DNA of 64,000 nt from Mobula hypostoma. Its lineage: Eukaryota. The notes below the pieces were generated by a model. It ran no database searches and had not been told where the DNA came from. It saw only the letters and a program-made list of their open reading frames with translations. A program made the translations under genes and the position numbers. Shown here one piece after another: positions 1-11,950 of this stretch (its first letter is position 1; each line of letters opens with the position of its first letter). The stretch covers positions 125,366,001 through 125,430,000 of the forward strand of contig NC_086097.1 of assembly GCF_963921235.1 (NCBI RefSeq). The letters run 5' to 3'.

Positions 1-210
1 TGCTCCAGAAAATCTGCTGGACTAGAGATAATTTCCAAACTAGAAGCTTTTGGTATGATAGAACTCACAGATTTGTGAATGATGGGGTCTGTGTCTGCCC
101 TGAATTGAGTTGAGCTGGTTACTGGTTTGGTCACTGATTTAGAGCAAGGAGCCATAAATTACCGGTTGTGACTTGTGGAAAAGGGCAATAGATGGATGCT
201 GGCTTGGACT

Positions 211-302
211 AGAGCCAATAAGAGGGTGATATAGATCACTCAGATGACCCACAGCCAATGAGACAATGTGGAATTTGAACTGGTAAGAGAAGAATATAAA
301 AG
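211..302 (+). promoter_or_regulatory. Promoter-like arrangement: two CCAAT boxes followed by a TATA box
   Basis: AGCCAAT with CCAAT at 215-219 and 255-259, TATAAAAG at 295-302; possible donor CAG|GTATTA at 435. Confidence 0.3.
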
Positions 303-559
303 CGGAGGCTTCGAATGCAAAGCAGCAACACCTCTCCAGAGACCAACCGTTGCGGATGTGAAGAACCCCATGCACATGTTCAGGTCGGAGCGGGACCACG
401 AGGAACACTTGGCCAGCATTGTCTCCTTTTTCAGGTATTACCTTTTCTATTCTTTGACTGTTCGTGGAGGGTCTGGAAAACATTAGTAGGTGTGCACACC
501 GGTATTAGGTTGTGTTAATTCTTGTGAACTGAGCCAATGAAAGTAATTGTCAGTAAATA

Positions 560-1950
560 CAGATTTACCTCTCTAATCATCATTACTAAGGGGTAACAAC
601 ATATGTCACCATACACAACCCTGAGATTCATTTTCTTGCGGGCATACTCAATAAATCCATAATCCAATATCCATAATAGAACCAATGAAAAACCGCACCA
701 ACAGGGCTGACAACCACTAAAAAAAAATAATAAATGCAAAAATCCAAGAAGAAAGAAGAAAAAATAAATAAATAATATTAATAAAATAAGTAAGCAAAAT
801 TATTGAGAACATGAGATGAAGAGTCCCTGAAAGTGAGTCTATCAGTTGTGGGAACGGTTCAATGACGGGACAAGTGAGGTTGAGTAAGGTTATCCCCTCT
901 GGTTCAAGAGCCTAATGGATGAAGGGTAATAACTTGTTCCTGAGCCTGGTGGTATGAGTCCTGAGGCTCCTATACCACCGTTCTGATGGCAGCAACAAGA
1001 AGAGAGCATGATCTGAGTGGTGGCAGTCCCTCTTGATGGATGCTGCTTTCCTGCGATAACACTCCATATACTGTAGATGGGCTCAATGACGGGGAGAGCT
1101 TCACCCATGATGGAGTGGACTGAATCCACTACTTTTTTTTTGTAGGGTTTTCTGTTCAGGGCATTGATGTTTCCATACCAAGCTGTGATGCAGCCAATCA
1201 ATATACTCTGCACCATAGTTTGTCAAAGTTTTAGGCCATGCTGAATCTTTGCAAACTTCTAAGGAAGTAGACTCACTGCCGTGTTTTCTTTGCAATTGCA
1301 GTTACATGCTGGGACCAGGACATGGAATGATAACACCAAGGAATTTGAAGTTGCTGACCTTCTCCACTTCTGATCCTCTGATGAAAACTGGCTCAGGGAC
1401 CTCCAGTTTCCTCCTCCTGAAGTCAATAGTCAGTTCCTTGGTCTTGCTGACATTAAGGAAGAGGTTGTTGTTGTGGCACCAATCAGCCAGATTTTCATTG
1501 CCCCTCCTATGCTGACTCATCACCACCTTTAATTTGGCTTATGAAAGTGGTGATATCAGCAAACTTGAATATGGGATTGGAGCTGTGCTTAGCCTTGCAG
1601 TTATAAGTGTAAAGCGAGTAGAGCAGGGATCTAAGCAAACAGCCTTGTAGTTCACCTGTACTGATGGAGATTGTGGAGGAGATGTTGTTGCTAATCTGAA
1701 CTGACTGGGGTTTGTAAGTGAGGAAACTGAGAATCCAATTGCACAAGGAGGCCAAGGTCTTGCAACTTTGAGTCCATAGGTTGTGAAATCAATGCAGTGA
1801 CGAGGTAAGTGAAGTTATCCACACTGGTTCAGGAGCCTAATGTTTGAAGGGTAATCATTGTTCCCGAACCTGTTGGTGTGGGAGCAAAGGCTCCTGCACC
1901 TCCTTCCGATGGCAGGAGCGAGAAGGGAGCATGGCCTATTTTCTTCCTCT
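560..1950 (-). mobile_element. Degenerate Rex1/Babar-type LINE fragments
   Basis: Minus-strand ORFs with RT motif LLYSLYT...IFKFAD, WCHNNNLFLNVSKTKELTIDFRR and SILIGCITAWYGN, all typical of Rex1/Babar ORF2. Confidence 0.75.
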
Positions 1951-2353
1951 CTCTCCTCTCTCGTCATTCTTTATTTTAACCCCTACCTCCTTCCATCATC
2001 TCATTCCTCCCTTTGCCCTTCCTGTACCCCTTCTCCTTTCCTGTCTTCGCTCCCTATCCCAAGAGTTTTGGCTTGCAATGAACTGTATTTTGTTTGCTGT
2101 TTTTCTCCACATGAAGCATATATTTTTCGTTTCCTTCCTCTCAGATTGCTTTAATGAAGTTGTCTAAGTATTGCCTCTCACTACAAACTTTTAATGGCTT
2201 GTTTATTTTTAATATGAGGTATTATAAAGCACCAACACACCCAAATGGTTTGGATATTTCAGTGAATTGGAATCAGAATCATGTTTATTATCACTGATGA
2301 ATGTCGTGAACGTTGTTGTTTTGCAGCAGCAATATGGCGCCATACCTAAAATA

Positions 2354-4361
2354 CGATGGATTCCGGTTAATTGGGCCATTGGGTAATTGGGGCAGCTGCT
2401 TTTTGGGGCGACCCTTAAAGAACAAAAGCTAATCAAGAAAATAGCCAGGATTCCATTTGTTTATTTAGGACACTATGCTGCTAATTGGAACAGGAAACTG
2501 TTGCCGAACAGTTTCTAACTAGTATCAGTCGCATGCACATGTATGGCCATTAGACTCTACACTGTGCTTGGAGAGAATAGTTTTTAAACTGTGCCAGTTG
2601 TGTGTGTTTGTATTCAAAAAGCAGTGATTTTTGTCACTGATAGTTGGTGAGAAATAAGCAGTAAGACAATTCAGAACCGTTTTGCTCACTGTGGTTTCAA
2701 GCATTCAGGCTTGGAGATGCAAGAAACAGCCGGGAGTCGAAATGAAATGATTTCACTACTTCAGAAAGTTAGAAACTATGAAGAATTTGATGTTAATTGA
2801 TAATCATCTTGAATTTTACAATGAAAATGAAGATTTGGAGGATGCATTCGTCAAAAGCATTGCATGAATGCAGTTCATTATCTGCACAAGGTATCTGCAC
2901 TGATTTTGTTCATTTACAATCAATCAAAAGAACACTGTGTACACTGGATGAATGCCTCTACTGATAATTATTAGGATGTAATACACAGTTTTATAATACT
3001 GTAGAAGTATTAGTGTGCTAATTTGTTCTCGATTTCACTTAAATACATAATTTATTACTCAGCTGTCTTTTTTTTAAAGATTATTAGAACATTTATTAAT
3101 GATTCCTTACGATGTGACCAAATTACAGTCTCAGGAAAGTAAATAGTATGTAAAGAAATTTGGTCCAAATAAGTAAAAATTAGATAATGTGGTTAACTGG
3201 ATCAGCAAAATTGCAGATGAGACCAAGATTGGGGGTGTAGTGGATAGCGAGGAAATCTTTAATTTTTTTTTTACTTTCGTTTACTAAATTACTAGGCCCA
3301 AAAAAAATCCTAAGAACAAAACAAGGCTGAACCAATATATTATATCGAATACATTCATTAATGTCGTCAACTCCGCTCCTCTAATCATATATTCTAAGTT
3401 AATAAAAAGGATTCGGAAAAGGTCAAACTACATCATATGAAAATGTTGAATAAATGGCTTCCAAGTCTCTTCAAATTTAACTGAAGGATCAAAAATGACA
3501 CTTCTGATTTTTTTATCAATTTAAACATGATATAGTATGGGAAAACCATTGAAATGTAGTAGGGGGATTGGTCTCTTTCCAATTCAGCTGAAGAAGATAA
3601 AGACCTATGTTCCATCATTGGCAAACCAAAGATTGCCATAATAGGATGGGGTTGTAAATCAAAACGCAAAACTGTTGAAATAATATCAAAAATACCTTTC
3701 TAAAATTTTTCCAAAAGAGGGCAGGACCAGAACATATGAGTCAAAGAAGCCACCTCAGAGTGACATCTATCACAAATAGGATTTATATGGGAGTAAAAAC
3801 GAGCTAGTTTATCTTTAGAAATGTAGGCCCTTTGCACTACTTTAAATTGTATCAGCATATGTTTAGCGCATATAGAGGCAGAGCTAACTAATTGAAAATT
3901 TTTCTCCATTTCTCTATAGGTAAGTGAAGTTGAATTTCCCTTTCCCATTCATTTTTAATTTTATCAGATATACTTGGCTGTATTTTCATAATTATATCAT
4001 AAATAGTTGCTATTAATCCCTTCTGATAAGGATTTAAACCTAAAATTTTTTCCATGATATCAGTTGAGTATGAAATTGGAAAGGTAGGTAGCGTGGTATT
4101 TTAAAAGTTTCTTATTTGTAAATATCTTTAAAAATGGGATTTGGGCAAGTTATATTTGTTAGACAACTGTTCAAAAGACATGAAACAGTTATTCAAAAAT
4201 AAATCACGGAAACATGTTATACCCTTCATTTTCCATATCAAAAAGGCTTGATCCATAACAGAGGGTTGAAAAAAAATTAGATATAATAGGGCTTGATAAT
4301 ATAAATTTATTCAAACCAAAAAATTTACGAAATTGGAACCATATTTAACTGGAATCCACTG
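2354..4361 (+). mobile_element. Tigger/pogo-like DNA transposon derivative interrupted by LINE fragments
   Basis: Terminal inverted repeats TA|CGATGGATTCCGGTTAA (2352) and TTAACTGGAATCCACTG|TA (ends 4363); internal peptide TIQNRFAHCGF resembles the Tigger C-terminus. Confidence 0.6.
3290..4325 (-). mobile_element. L1/Tx1-clade LINE 3' fragment
   Basis: LIQFKVVQRAY...PICDRCHSEVASLTHMFWSCPLLEKF is the CCHC zinc-knuckle C-terminus of L1-clade ORF2. Confidence 0.75.
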
Positions 4362-4377
4362 TATGCTAGTATACAGT

Positions 4378-4875
4378 AAGAGTCTGTGGTGGCCAGTGCA
4401 ATCATGTTTGCTGTTGTGTGCTGGGGCAGCAGATTGAGGGTAGCAGACACCAACAGAATCAACAAACTCATTCGTGAGGCCAGTGATGTTGTGGGGATGG
4501 AACTGGACTCTCTGACGGTGGTGTCTGAAAAGAGGATGCTGTCCAAGTTGCATGCCATCTTGGACAATGTCTCCCATCCACTACATAATGTACTGGTTGG
4601 GCACAGGAGTACATTCAGCCAGAGACTCATTCCACCAAGATGCAACACAGATCGTCATAGGAAGTCATTCCTGCCTGTGGCCATCAAACTTTACAACTCC
4701 TCCCTTGGAGGGTCAGACACCCTGACCTAATAGGCTGGTCACGGACTTATTTCCTGGCATAATTTACATATTTACATATTACTATTTAACTATTTATGGT
4801 TTTATTACTATTTAATTATGGTGCAACTGTAACAAAAACCAATTTCCCACGGGATCAATAAAGTATGACTATGTC
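4378..4875 (+). mobile_element. Rex1/Babar-type LINE, 5'-truncated 3' end
   Basis: VASAIMFAVVCWGS...HPLH...RCNTDRHRKSFLPVAIKLYN; ends GGGATCAATAAAGTATGACTATG. Near-identical copy at 9071-9650. Confidence 0.8.
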
Positions 4876-4892
4876 TGTGACTACTATAAATA

Positions 4893-5140
4893 TACTCAGT
4901 GGCCACTTTATTAGGTTCACCTGTACACCTGCTCCTCAATGCAAATATCTAATCAACCAATCATGCGGCAGCAATTCAATTCATAAAATCATGCAGACAT
5001 GGTTGAGGCGTTCAGTTGTTTTTCAGAGCAAACATCAGAATGGGGAAGGAATGTGATCTAAGTGGCCTTTACTGTGGAGTGATTGTTTGAGATGGGATGG
5101 TTTGAGTATCTCAGAAACTGCTGACTTCCTGGGATTTCAC
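4893..5140 (+). mobile_element. Non-autonomous Tc1-like element, partial
   Basis: Starts with the TIR ACTCAGTGGCCACTTTATTAGGT-CAC shared with copies at 32085, 51747 and 63921. Confidence 0.7.
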
Positions 5141-5243
5141 ACTCAACTTGGACTTCTTGAAAGTGGCTGCAAAGGTTGATATGGTGGAAGGAAGGCATAT
5201 TGCATGTTTGCCTTTGTTGGTTGAGGCATTGAGTTCAGGAAAC

Positions 5244-5560
5244 ATATAGGCATCCTGTTAGTCTTATGAGACCATGGATTTGCGCCTTAGAAAGTTTCCA
5301 GGGCACAGGCCTGAGCAAGGTTGTATAGAAGACCAGTAGTTGCCCATGCTGCAAGTCTCCGCTCTCCACGCCACCAATGTTGTCCAAGGGAAGGGCATTA
5401 GGACCCATACAGCTTGACACCGGTGTCGTCACAGAGCGATGTGTGGTTAAGTGCCTTGCTCAAGGACACAACACGCTGCCTCAGCCAAGGCTCGAACTAG
5501 CGACCTTCATTTTACTAGACAAACGCCTTAACTACTTGGCCATGCGCCAACACTTTGCTG
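5244..5560 (-). mobile_element. tRNA-derived CORE-type SINE inserted in a CR1 fragment
   Basis: Minus strand shows A-box TGGCCAAGTAG, B-box AGTTCGAGCC and CORE-like GTGTCCTTGAGCAAGGCACTTAACC; flanked by direct repeat CAGGAAAC (5236-5243 and 5561-5568). Confidence 0.75.
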
Positions 5561-7260
5561 CAGGAAACTATGCTGCAGCTTAATGAAGCTCTGGTTAGGC
5601 CTCATCTGGAGTACTGTATTCAACTCTGGTTGCCTGATATGGAGGTGTGGGAGACAACACAGCAGAGGTTTACTGGGATTAAAAGGTCATGTGCTAGGAA
5701 GGAGATGTTGGACAAATGTGAGTTGTTTTCTCTGGAGCAGCAGATGCTGATGGGAGACCTGATAGAAGTCTGTAGGATTATGGGAGGCATAAAGAGTAGA
5801 CAGCGGTATCTTTTCCTACAGTGAAATTTCTAATACTAGATCGCGTGTTTAAGGATGGAATGGTTGAGTTCAAAAGAGATGTATGGGGCAAGTTTACTTT
5901 ATGTTTACAGGGAGTGGTGGGAACCTGGAGTGTGTTGCTGGGGTGGCAGAGGGACTAAATTAAAACATAGATCCAAAAAGCCAACAAGCTTTGGGTCGCT
6001 TCCTGAACCACATGCAAATTGGCACAGGGTCAATAAGATTAGAGAGTTACAGACACAAAATGCTGGAGGAACTTCGCAGGCCAGGCAGCTATGGAAAAGA
6101 GTACAGTCGGTGTTTTGGGCTCAAGGATTCATGTGGGAGAAGTGGGTTTGAATTTGTGGGCTATTGGTGCCAGAATTGAGGAAAGAGGGAGCTATTCTGA
6201 TGGGAAAAGTATGGATATTGAAAAATGGTTAAGAGAGGGCAGGAGAGGTCACTGAATTCCCCAGAATAATAAAATACTAACTTTTAACCTACTCAATCTA
6301 ACCCTTCCATCCCACATAACCCTCCATTTTTCTATCATTTGAAAGTCTCTTAAATGCCCCCAATGTATCTGCCTCTACCACCACTCCCTGTGTAAAAAAA
6401 CTTACCCTGACATCTCTCCTACACTTTCCTCCAACCACTTCAAAATTATGCTCTCTTGTAGTAGCCATTTCTACCCTGGGAAAATGTACTTAGCTACTCA
6501 CTCGATCTGTACCTCATACAATCGTGTACACCTGTATCGTCACCCCTCCCCCTTCTTCTATCCAAAGAAAAAAGCCCTTGCTCACTCAACCTGTATTCAT
6601 AAGATATCCTCTCTAATGCAGGCAGCGACCTGATAAACCTCCTCTGTACTAAAGGATCCTTTCTAAAGCTTCAACATCCTTTCTATAATGAGGTCACCAA
6701 TCCATTTATGGCTCCTTTATTTATTTACTTAGCGACACAGCGCAGTGCATTCCCTTCAGGGGCTTTGAACCACACCACCCCATCAAACTCCAACAGTCTC
6801 GATTGACCCTAACTTATTCACGGGACAAGTTACAATGAGCAATTAACCTGTCTGGTACATCTTTAGACTGTGGCAGGAAACTGCAGCACCCGGGGAAGAC
6901 TCGCACATTCCACTGGAAGGGTGTACAGAGAATTCTTACAGACAGTGCTGGAATTGAACTCCAATCTCAGCCGAGCTAACCGCTACGCTACTGTGGGACC
7001 CTCTTAAACCCATTCTCCTGCCTTCTCTTTGCAACCTTTGATGCCCTTACTAGTCAAGAACTCTGCTTTAAGTATACTCAATGACTTGGACTCCACAACC
7101 GTCTGTGGCAATGAATTCCATAGATTCACCACCCTCAGGCTAAAGAAATTCTTTCCTTAAGATTACTGAAAGGGACATCCTTGTATTCTGAGGCTGTGCC
7201 CTCTGATTCTAGACTCTCCCACTATAGGAAACAACCTCTCCACATCCACTCCATCTGGGC

Positions 7261-9925
7261 ATTTCAAAGGTGAAATTTTGAGAGTACAGAATCTTTATGT
7301 ACCTGTTAGGTTGAAAGGAAAGGTTAAAAGTTTGAGAGAGCCATGGTTTTCAAGGGATATTGGAAACTTGGTTCGGAAAAAGAGAGATATCTACAATAAA
7401 TATAGGCAGCATGTAGTAAATGAGGTGCTAGAGGAATTTAAAGAATGTAAAAAGAATCTTAAGAAAGAAATTAGAAAAGCTAAAAGAAGATATGAGGTTG
7501 CTTTGGCAAGTAAGGTGAAAATAAATCCCAAGGGTTTCTATCATTTTATTAATAGCAAGGCGATAGTGAGGGATAAAATTGGTCCCTTAGAGAATCAGAG
7601 TGGACAGCTATGTGTGGAACTAAAGAGATGGGGGAGATCCTGAACAATTTCTTTTCACTAAGGAGAAGGATATTGAATTGTGTAAGATAAGGGAAACAGG
7701 TAAGGGAGTTATGGAAGCTATGATGATTAAAGAAGAGGAAGTACTGGAACTTTTAAGGAATATACAGGTGGATAAGTCTCCGGGTCCTGACAGGATATTC
7801 CCTCGGACCTTGAGGGAAGTTAGTGCGGAAATAACAGGGGCTCTGACAGAAATATTTCAAATGTCATTAAAAACGGGGATGGTGGTGGAGGATTGGCGTA
7901 TTGATCATGTTGTTCCATTGTTTAAAAAGGGTTCTATAACTACACCTAGCAATTATCGGCCTGTGAGTTTGATGTCAGTGGTGAGTAAATAGATGGAAAG
8001 TATTCTTAGAGATGGTATATATAATTATCTGGATAGACAGGGTCTGATTAGGAACAGTCAACATGGATTTGTGCGTGGAAGGTCATGTTTGACAAATCTT
8101 ATTGAATTTTTTGAAGAGGTTACTAGGAAAGTTGACGAGGGTAAAGCAGTGGATGTTGTCTATATGGACTTCAGTAAAGCCTTTGACATGGTCCCACATG
8201 GAAGGTTGGCTAGGAAGGTTCAATCGTTGGTATTAATATTGAAGTAGTAAAATGGATTCAGCAGTGACTGGATGGGAGACGCCAGAGAGTGGTGGTGGAT
8301 AACTGTTTGTCAGATTGGAGGCCGGTGATTAGTGGTGTGCCTCAGGGATCTGTACTGGGTCCAATGTTGTTTGTCATATATATTAATGATCTGGATGATG
8401 GGGTAGTAAATTGAATGAGTAAGTATGCAAATGATACTAAGATAGGTGGAGTTGTGGATAATGAAGTAGGTTTTCAAAGCTTGCAGAGAGATTTAGGCCA
8501 GTTAGAAGAGCGGGCTGAAAGATGGCAGGTGGAGTTTAATGCAGATAAATGTGAGGTGCTACATTTTGGTAGGACTAATCAAAATAGGACATACATGATA
8601 AATGGTAGGGCATTGAAGAATGCAGTAGAACAGAGGGATCTAGGAATAATGGTGCATAGTTCCCTGAAGGTGGAATCTCATGTGGATAGGGTGGTGGAGA
8701 AAGCTTTTGGTATGCTGGCCTTTATAAATCAGAGCATTGAGTACAGGAGTTGGGATGTAATGTTGAAATTGTACAAGGCATTGGTGAGGCCAAATTTGGA
8801 GTATTGTGTACAGTTTTGGTCACCGAATTATAGGAAAGATGTCAACAAAATAGAGAGAGTACAGAGAAGATTTACTAGTATGTTACCTGGGTTTCATCAC
8901 CTAAGTTACAGAGAAAGGTTGAACAAGTTGGGTCTTTATTCTTTGGAACGTAGAAGGTTGAGGGGAGACTTGATAGAGGTGTTTAAAATTATGAGGGGGA
9001 TAGATAGAGTTAATGTGGATAGGCTTTTTCCATTGAGAGTGGGGGAGATTCAAACAAGAGGACATGAGTTATAGTCATAGTCATACTTTATTGATCCCGG
9101 GGGAAACTGGTTTTCGTTACAGTTGCACCATAAATAATAAATAGTAATAGAACCATAAATAGTTAAATAGTGATATGTAATTTATGCCAGTAAATTATGA
9201 AATAAATCCAGGACCAGCCTATTGGCTCAGGGTGTCTGACCCTCCAAGGGAGGAGTTGTAAAGTTTGATGGCCACAGGCAGGAATGACTTCCTATGACGC
9301 TCTGTGCTGCATCTCGGTGGAGTGAGTCTCTGGCTGAATGTAATCCTGTGCCCACCCAGTACATTATGTAGTGGATGGGAGACATTGACCAAGATGGCAT
9401 GCAACTTGGACAGCATCCTCTTTTCAGACACCACCATCAGAGAGTCCAATTCCATCCCCACAACATCACTGGCCTTATAAATGAGTTTGTTGATTCTGTT
9501 GGTGTCTGCTACCCTTAGCCTGCTGCCCCAGCACACAACAGCAAACATGATAGCACTGGCCACCACAGACTCTAGAATATCCTCAGCATCGTCCGGCAGA
9601 TGTTAAAGGGCCTCAGTCTCCTCAGGAAATAGAGGAGACTATTTCCTAATAGTTGAGAGTTAAAGGGCAAAAGTTTAGGGGTAACATGAGGGGGAACTTC
9701 TTTACTCAGAGAGTGGTAGCTGTGTGGAACGAGTTTCCAGCAGAAGTGGTTGAGGCAGGTTCGATGTTGTCATTTAAAGTTAAATTGGACAGCTATATGG
9801 ACAGGAAAGGAATGGAGGGTTATGGGCTGAGTGCAGGTCGGTGGGACTAGGTGAGAGTAAGAGTTCGGCACGGACTAGAAGGGCTGAGATGGCCTGTTTC
9901 CATGCTGTAATTGTTAGATGGTTAT
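7261..9925 (+). mobile_element. CR1-clade LINE (family B), 5'-truncated, disrupted, with nested Rex1 insertion
   Basis: ORF pieces DKSPGPD...NYRPVSL, QHGFVRGRSCLTNL...YMDFSKAFD, LEYCVQFWSP; tail TTGTTAGATGGTTATA. Same family as 49470-51612. Confidence 0.9.
9071..9650 (-). mobile_element. Rex1/Babar-type LINE 3' fragment nested in CR1
   Basis: ORF 9219-9566 nearly identical to 4386-4730; (CTATGA)n tail; splits the CR1 motif RGHEL/RVKG with AGTT duplicated at 9067-9070 and 9651-9654. Confidence 0.85.
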
Positions 9926-11305
9926 ATATGAATAAGTTTCAATGAAATCCCACCTCCTCCACCTCCCCCCACCCCAACAGTTCTTCTAAACTCCAGCGAG
10001 TACAGGCCCAGAGCCATCAAACACTGGTCATACGTGAACCTTTTCATTCCTGGGATCAACCTCGTGAACCTCCTTTGGACCCTCTCCATTGCCGGCATAT
10101 CATTTCTTAGATAAGGGGCCCAAAACTGCTCACCATATCGAGGATAAGCCTGGTACATAGAAAAGTATTGGTTCTTCATTTTTTTCAGTGAATGACCTTG
10201 CACTTGCTTTAGCCAAGCAACACACGCAAAATGCTGGAGGAACTCAGCAGGTCAGGCAGCGTCTACAGAAAAGAGTAAACAATCGACATTTTGGACCGAG
10301 ACCCTTTATCACGACTCTTTATCCACATATCTCAGTTTAACGAAGAATCACACCATATGCCACTCAATGTCTTTTCTTCTCCAACATTTTAATCAAATAG
10401 AACATTTTTTTTCTTTTACAAATGCTTATTTTGTGAAGAGGTTTTTCTTTCAATAGTTTTCACAACATCAAAAAGTAGAATGCTTAACTGCAAAATGCAC
10501 AAAAAATTAAATTAAAATGCATTAAAAAACAATAATCACAGCTTAAACACACTTGACACCATAAAGTATTACTAGTACCTATCTGCTAAAAAATTATGGA
10601 CTCAGTTATCACAAACTAAGCTGCCCTCCTTACAACATCCACAAGGAAACAATCAGATTTAAATGGCACAAAGCATGCAACATACAGAGAATGGCAACCA
10701 AACATGAATTGGAATCCATATGTCTATTTGTAGAGGCAAAAAAAACATAACAAAGGAAGAGAAGGCTCAGTTGCTAAACATGCTAATATTGGAAAAATAA
10801 TCTTTGTGGCCTGTTAGACATTTCCAATTATGAATAGTCGTTTCTCCTAAAACCATTTATTTGGCTTCAGATAATAAAGGGTTAAATGAGTGCTCCTATC
10901 GATGCGTTTCTTCCTACCAGTGCACAGGAATGATTTTGTTGAATTTTTTACCAGTATATTACCTGGGTACACAGTGTAAATTAGATTAGTATCAATGTGA
11001 AAATTTCATTTCCTGAATTGACTGAGCTAATGAAACGTGAAGCTGAAATTCAAAACCAGTTTAACTGAGCCTACTGAGAAACCAGTTTCTGAAGCAAGAC
11101 CAGGTTTCCAAATGGAAGCAAGTGGACTAACTAATGTGGGCACATGGGTCAGCATAGACGAGTTGGGCTGAAGGATCTCCACAAAATTGTTTTATCTTAA
11201 ATGTGATCACTCAGAACTTCTTTTGGTTTGATTGCCACAAATCTATTTACCAAATGGAAGAATTGTTATTAACAGGACCATTAAGTTTGATTACTCAGAG
11301 TAACA

Positions 11306-11542
11306 TACATAAAATGCAGGAGGAACCCAGCAGGTAAGGCAGCGTCTATGGAGAGGAATAAACAGTTGACGTGTGTGTGTGTGTGTGTGTGTGTGAGTGT
11401 GTGTTTGTGTGTGTTTGTGTGTGTGAGTGTTTGTGTGTGAGTGTGTGTGTGTGTGTGTTTGTGTGTGTGAGTGTGTGTGTGTGTGTGTTTGTGTGTGTGA
11501 GTGTGTGTGTTTGTGTGTGTGAGTGTGTGTGTGTGTTTGTGT

Positions 11543-11597
<55 letters not shown>

Positions 11598-11628
11598 AGT
11601 GTGTGTTTGTGTGTGAGTGTGTGTTTGA

Positions 11629-11660
<32 letters not shown>

Positions 11661-11679
11661 TTGTGTGTGAGTGTGTGTT

Positions 11680-11749
<70 letters not shown>

Positions 11750-11950
11750 TGTGTGCTGCCGGAGGAACTCAGTGAGTCAGGCAGCACCTGTGCAGGCTAA
11801 GTGATAGTCAACGTTTCAGGTCAGGACCTTGCATCATGATTCCAGCCCAGCCTTACTCCTCCACTGGCAGCTACATCCTCAGCTGACTGTTTGTTCCTCT
11901 CCATAGATGCTGCCTGACCTCCTGAGTTCTGTCAGCATTTTGTGTGTGTT
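11306..11950. mobile_element. Penelope-like terminal-repeat fragments in inverted arrangement around the microsatellite
   Basis: AAAATGCAGGAGGAACCCAGCAGG...GCAGCGTCTATGGAGAGGAA on the left and the reverse-complement form TTCCTCTCCATAGATGCTGCCTGACC...CAGCATTTTGTG on the right. Confidence 0.6.
11371..11755. repeat. Compound (GT)n microsatellite with TTTG and GAG interruptions
   Basis: About 385 nt of GT dinucleotide repeat; accounts for the spurious CV and HT ORFs. Confidence 0.98.

Noticed and set aside
139..518. ORFs at the window start as exons of a neighbouring gene such as GRHL2
   Set aside because: No recognisable protein similarity in any frame read, and upstream in-frame stops.
5490..5552. 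tRNA-like sequence with A and B boxes
   Set aside because: It is a SINE head continuing into CORE and tail sequence with a TSD, not a tRNA gene.
11281..11804. His/Thr-rich and Cys/Val-rich ORFs
   Set aside because: They are translations of the (GT)n microsatellite.
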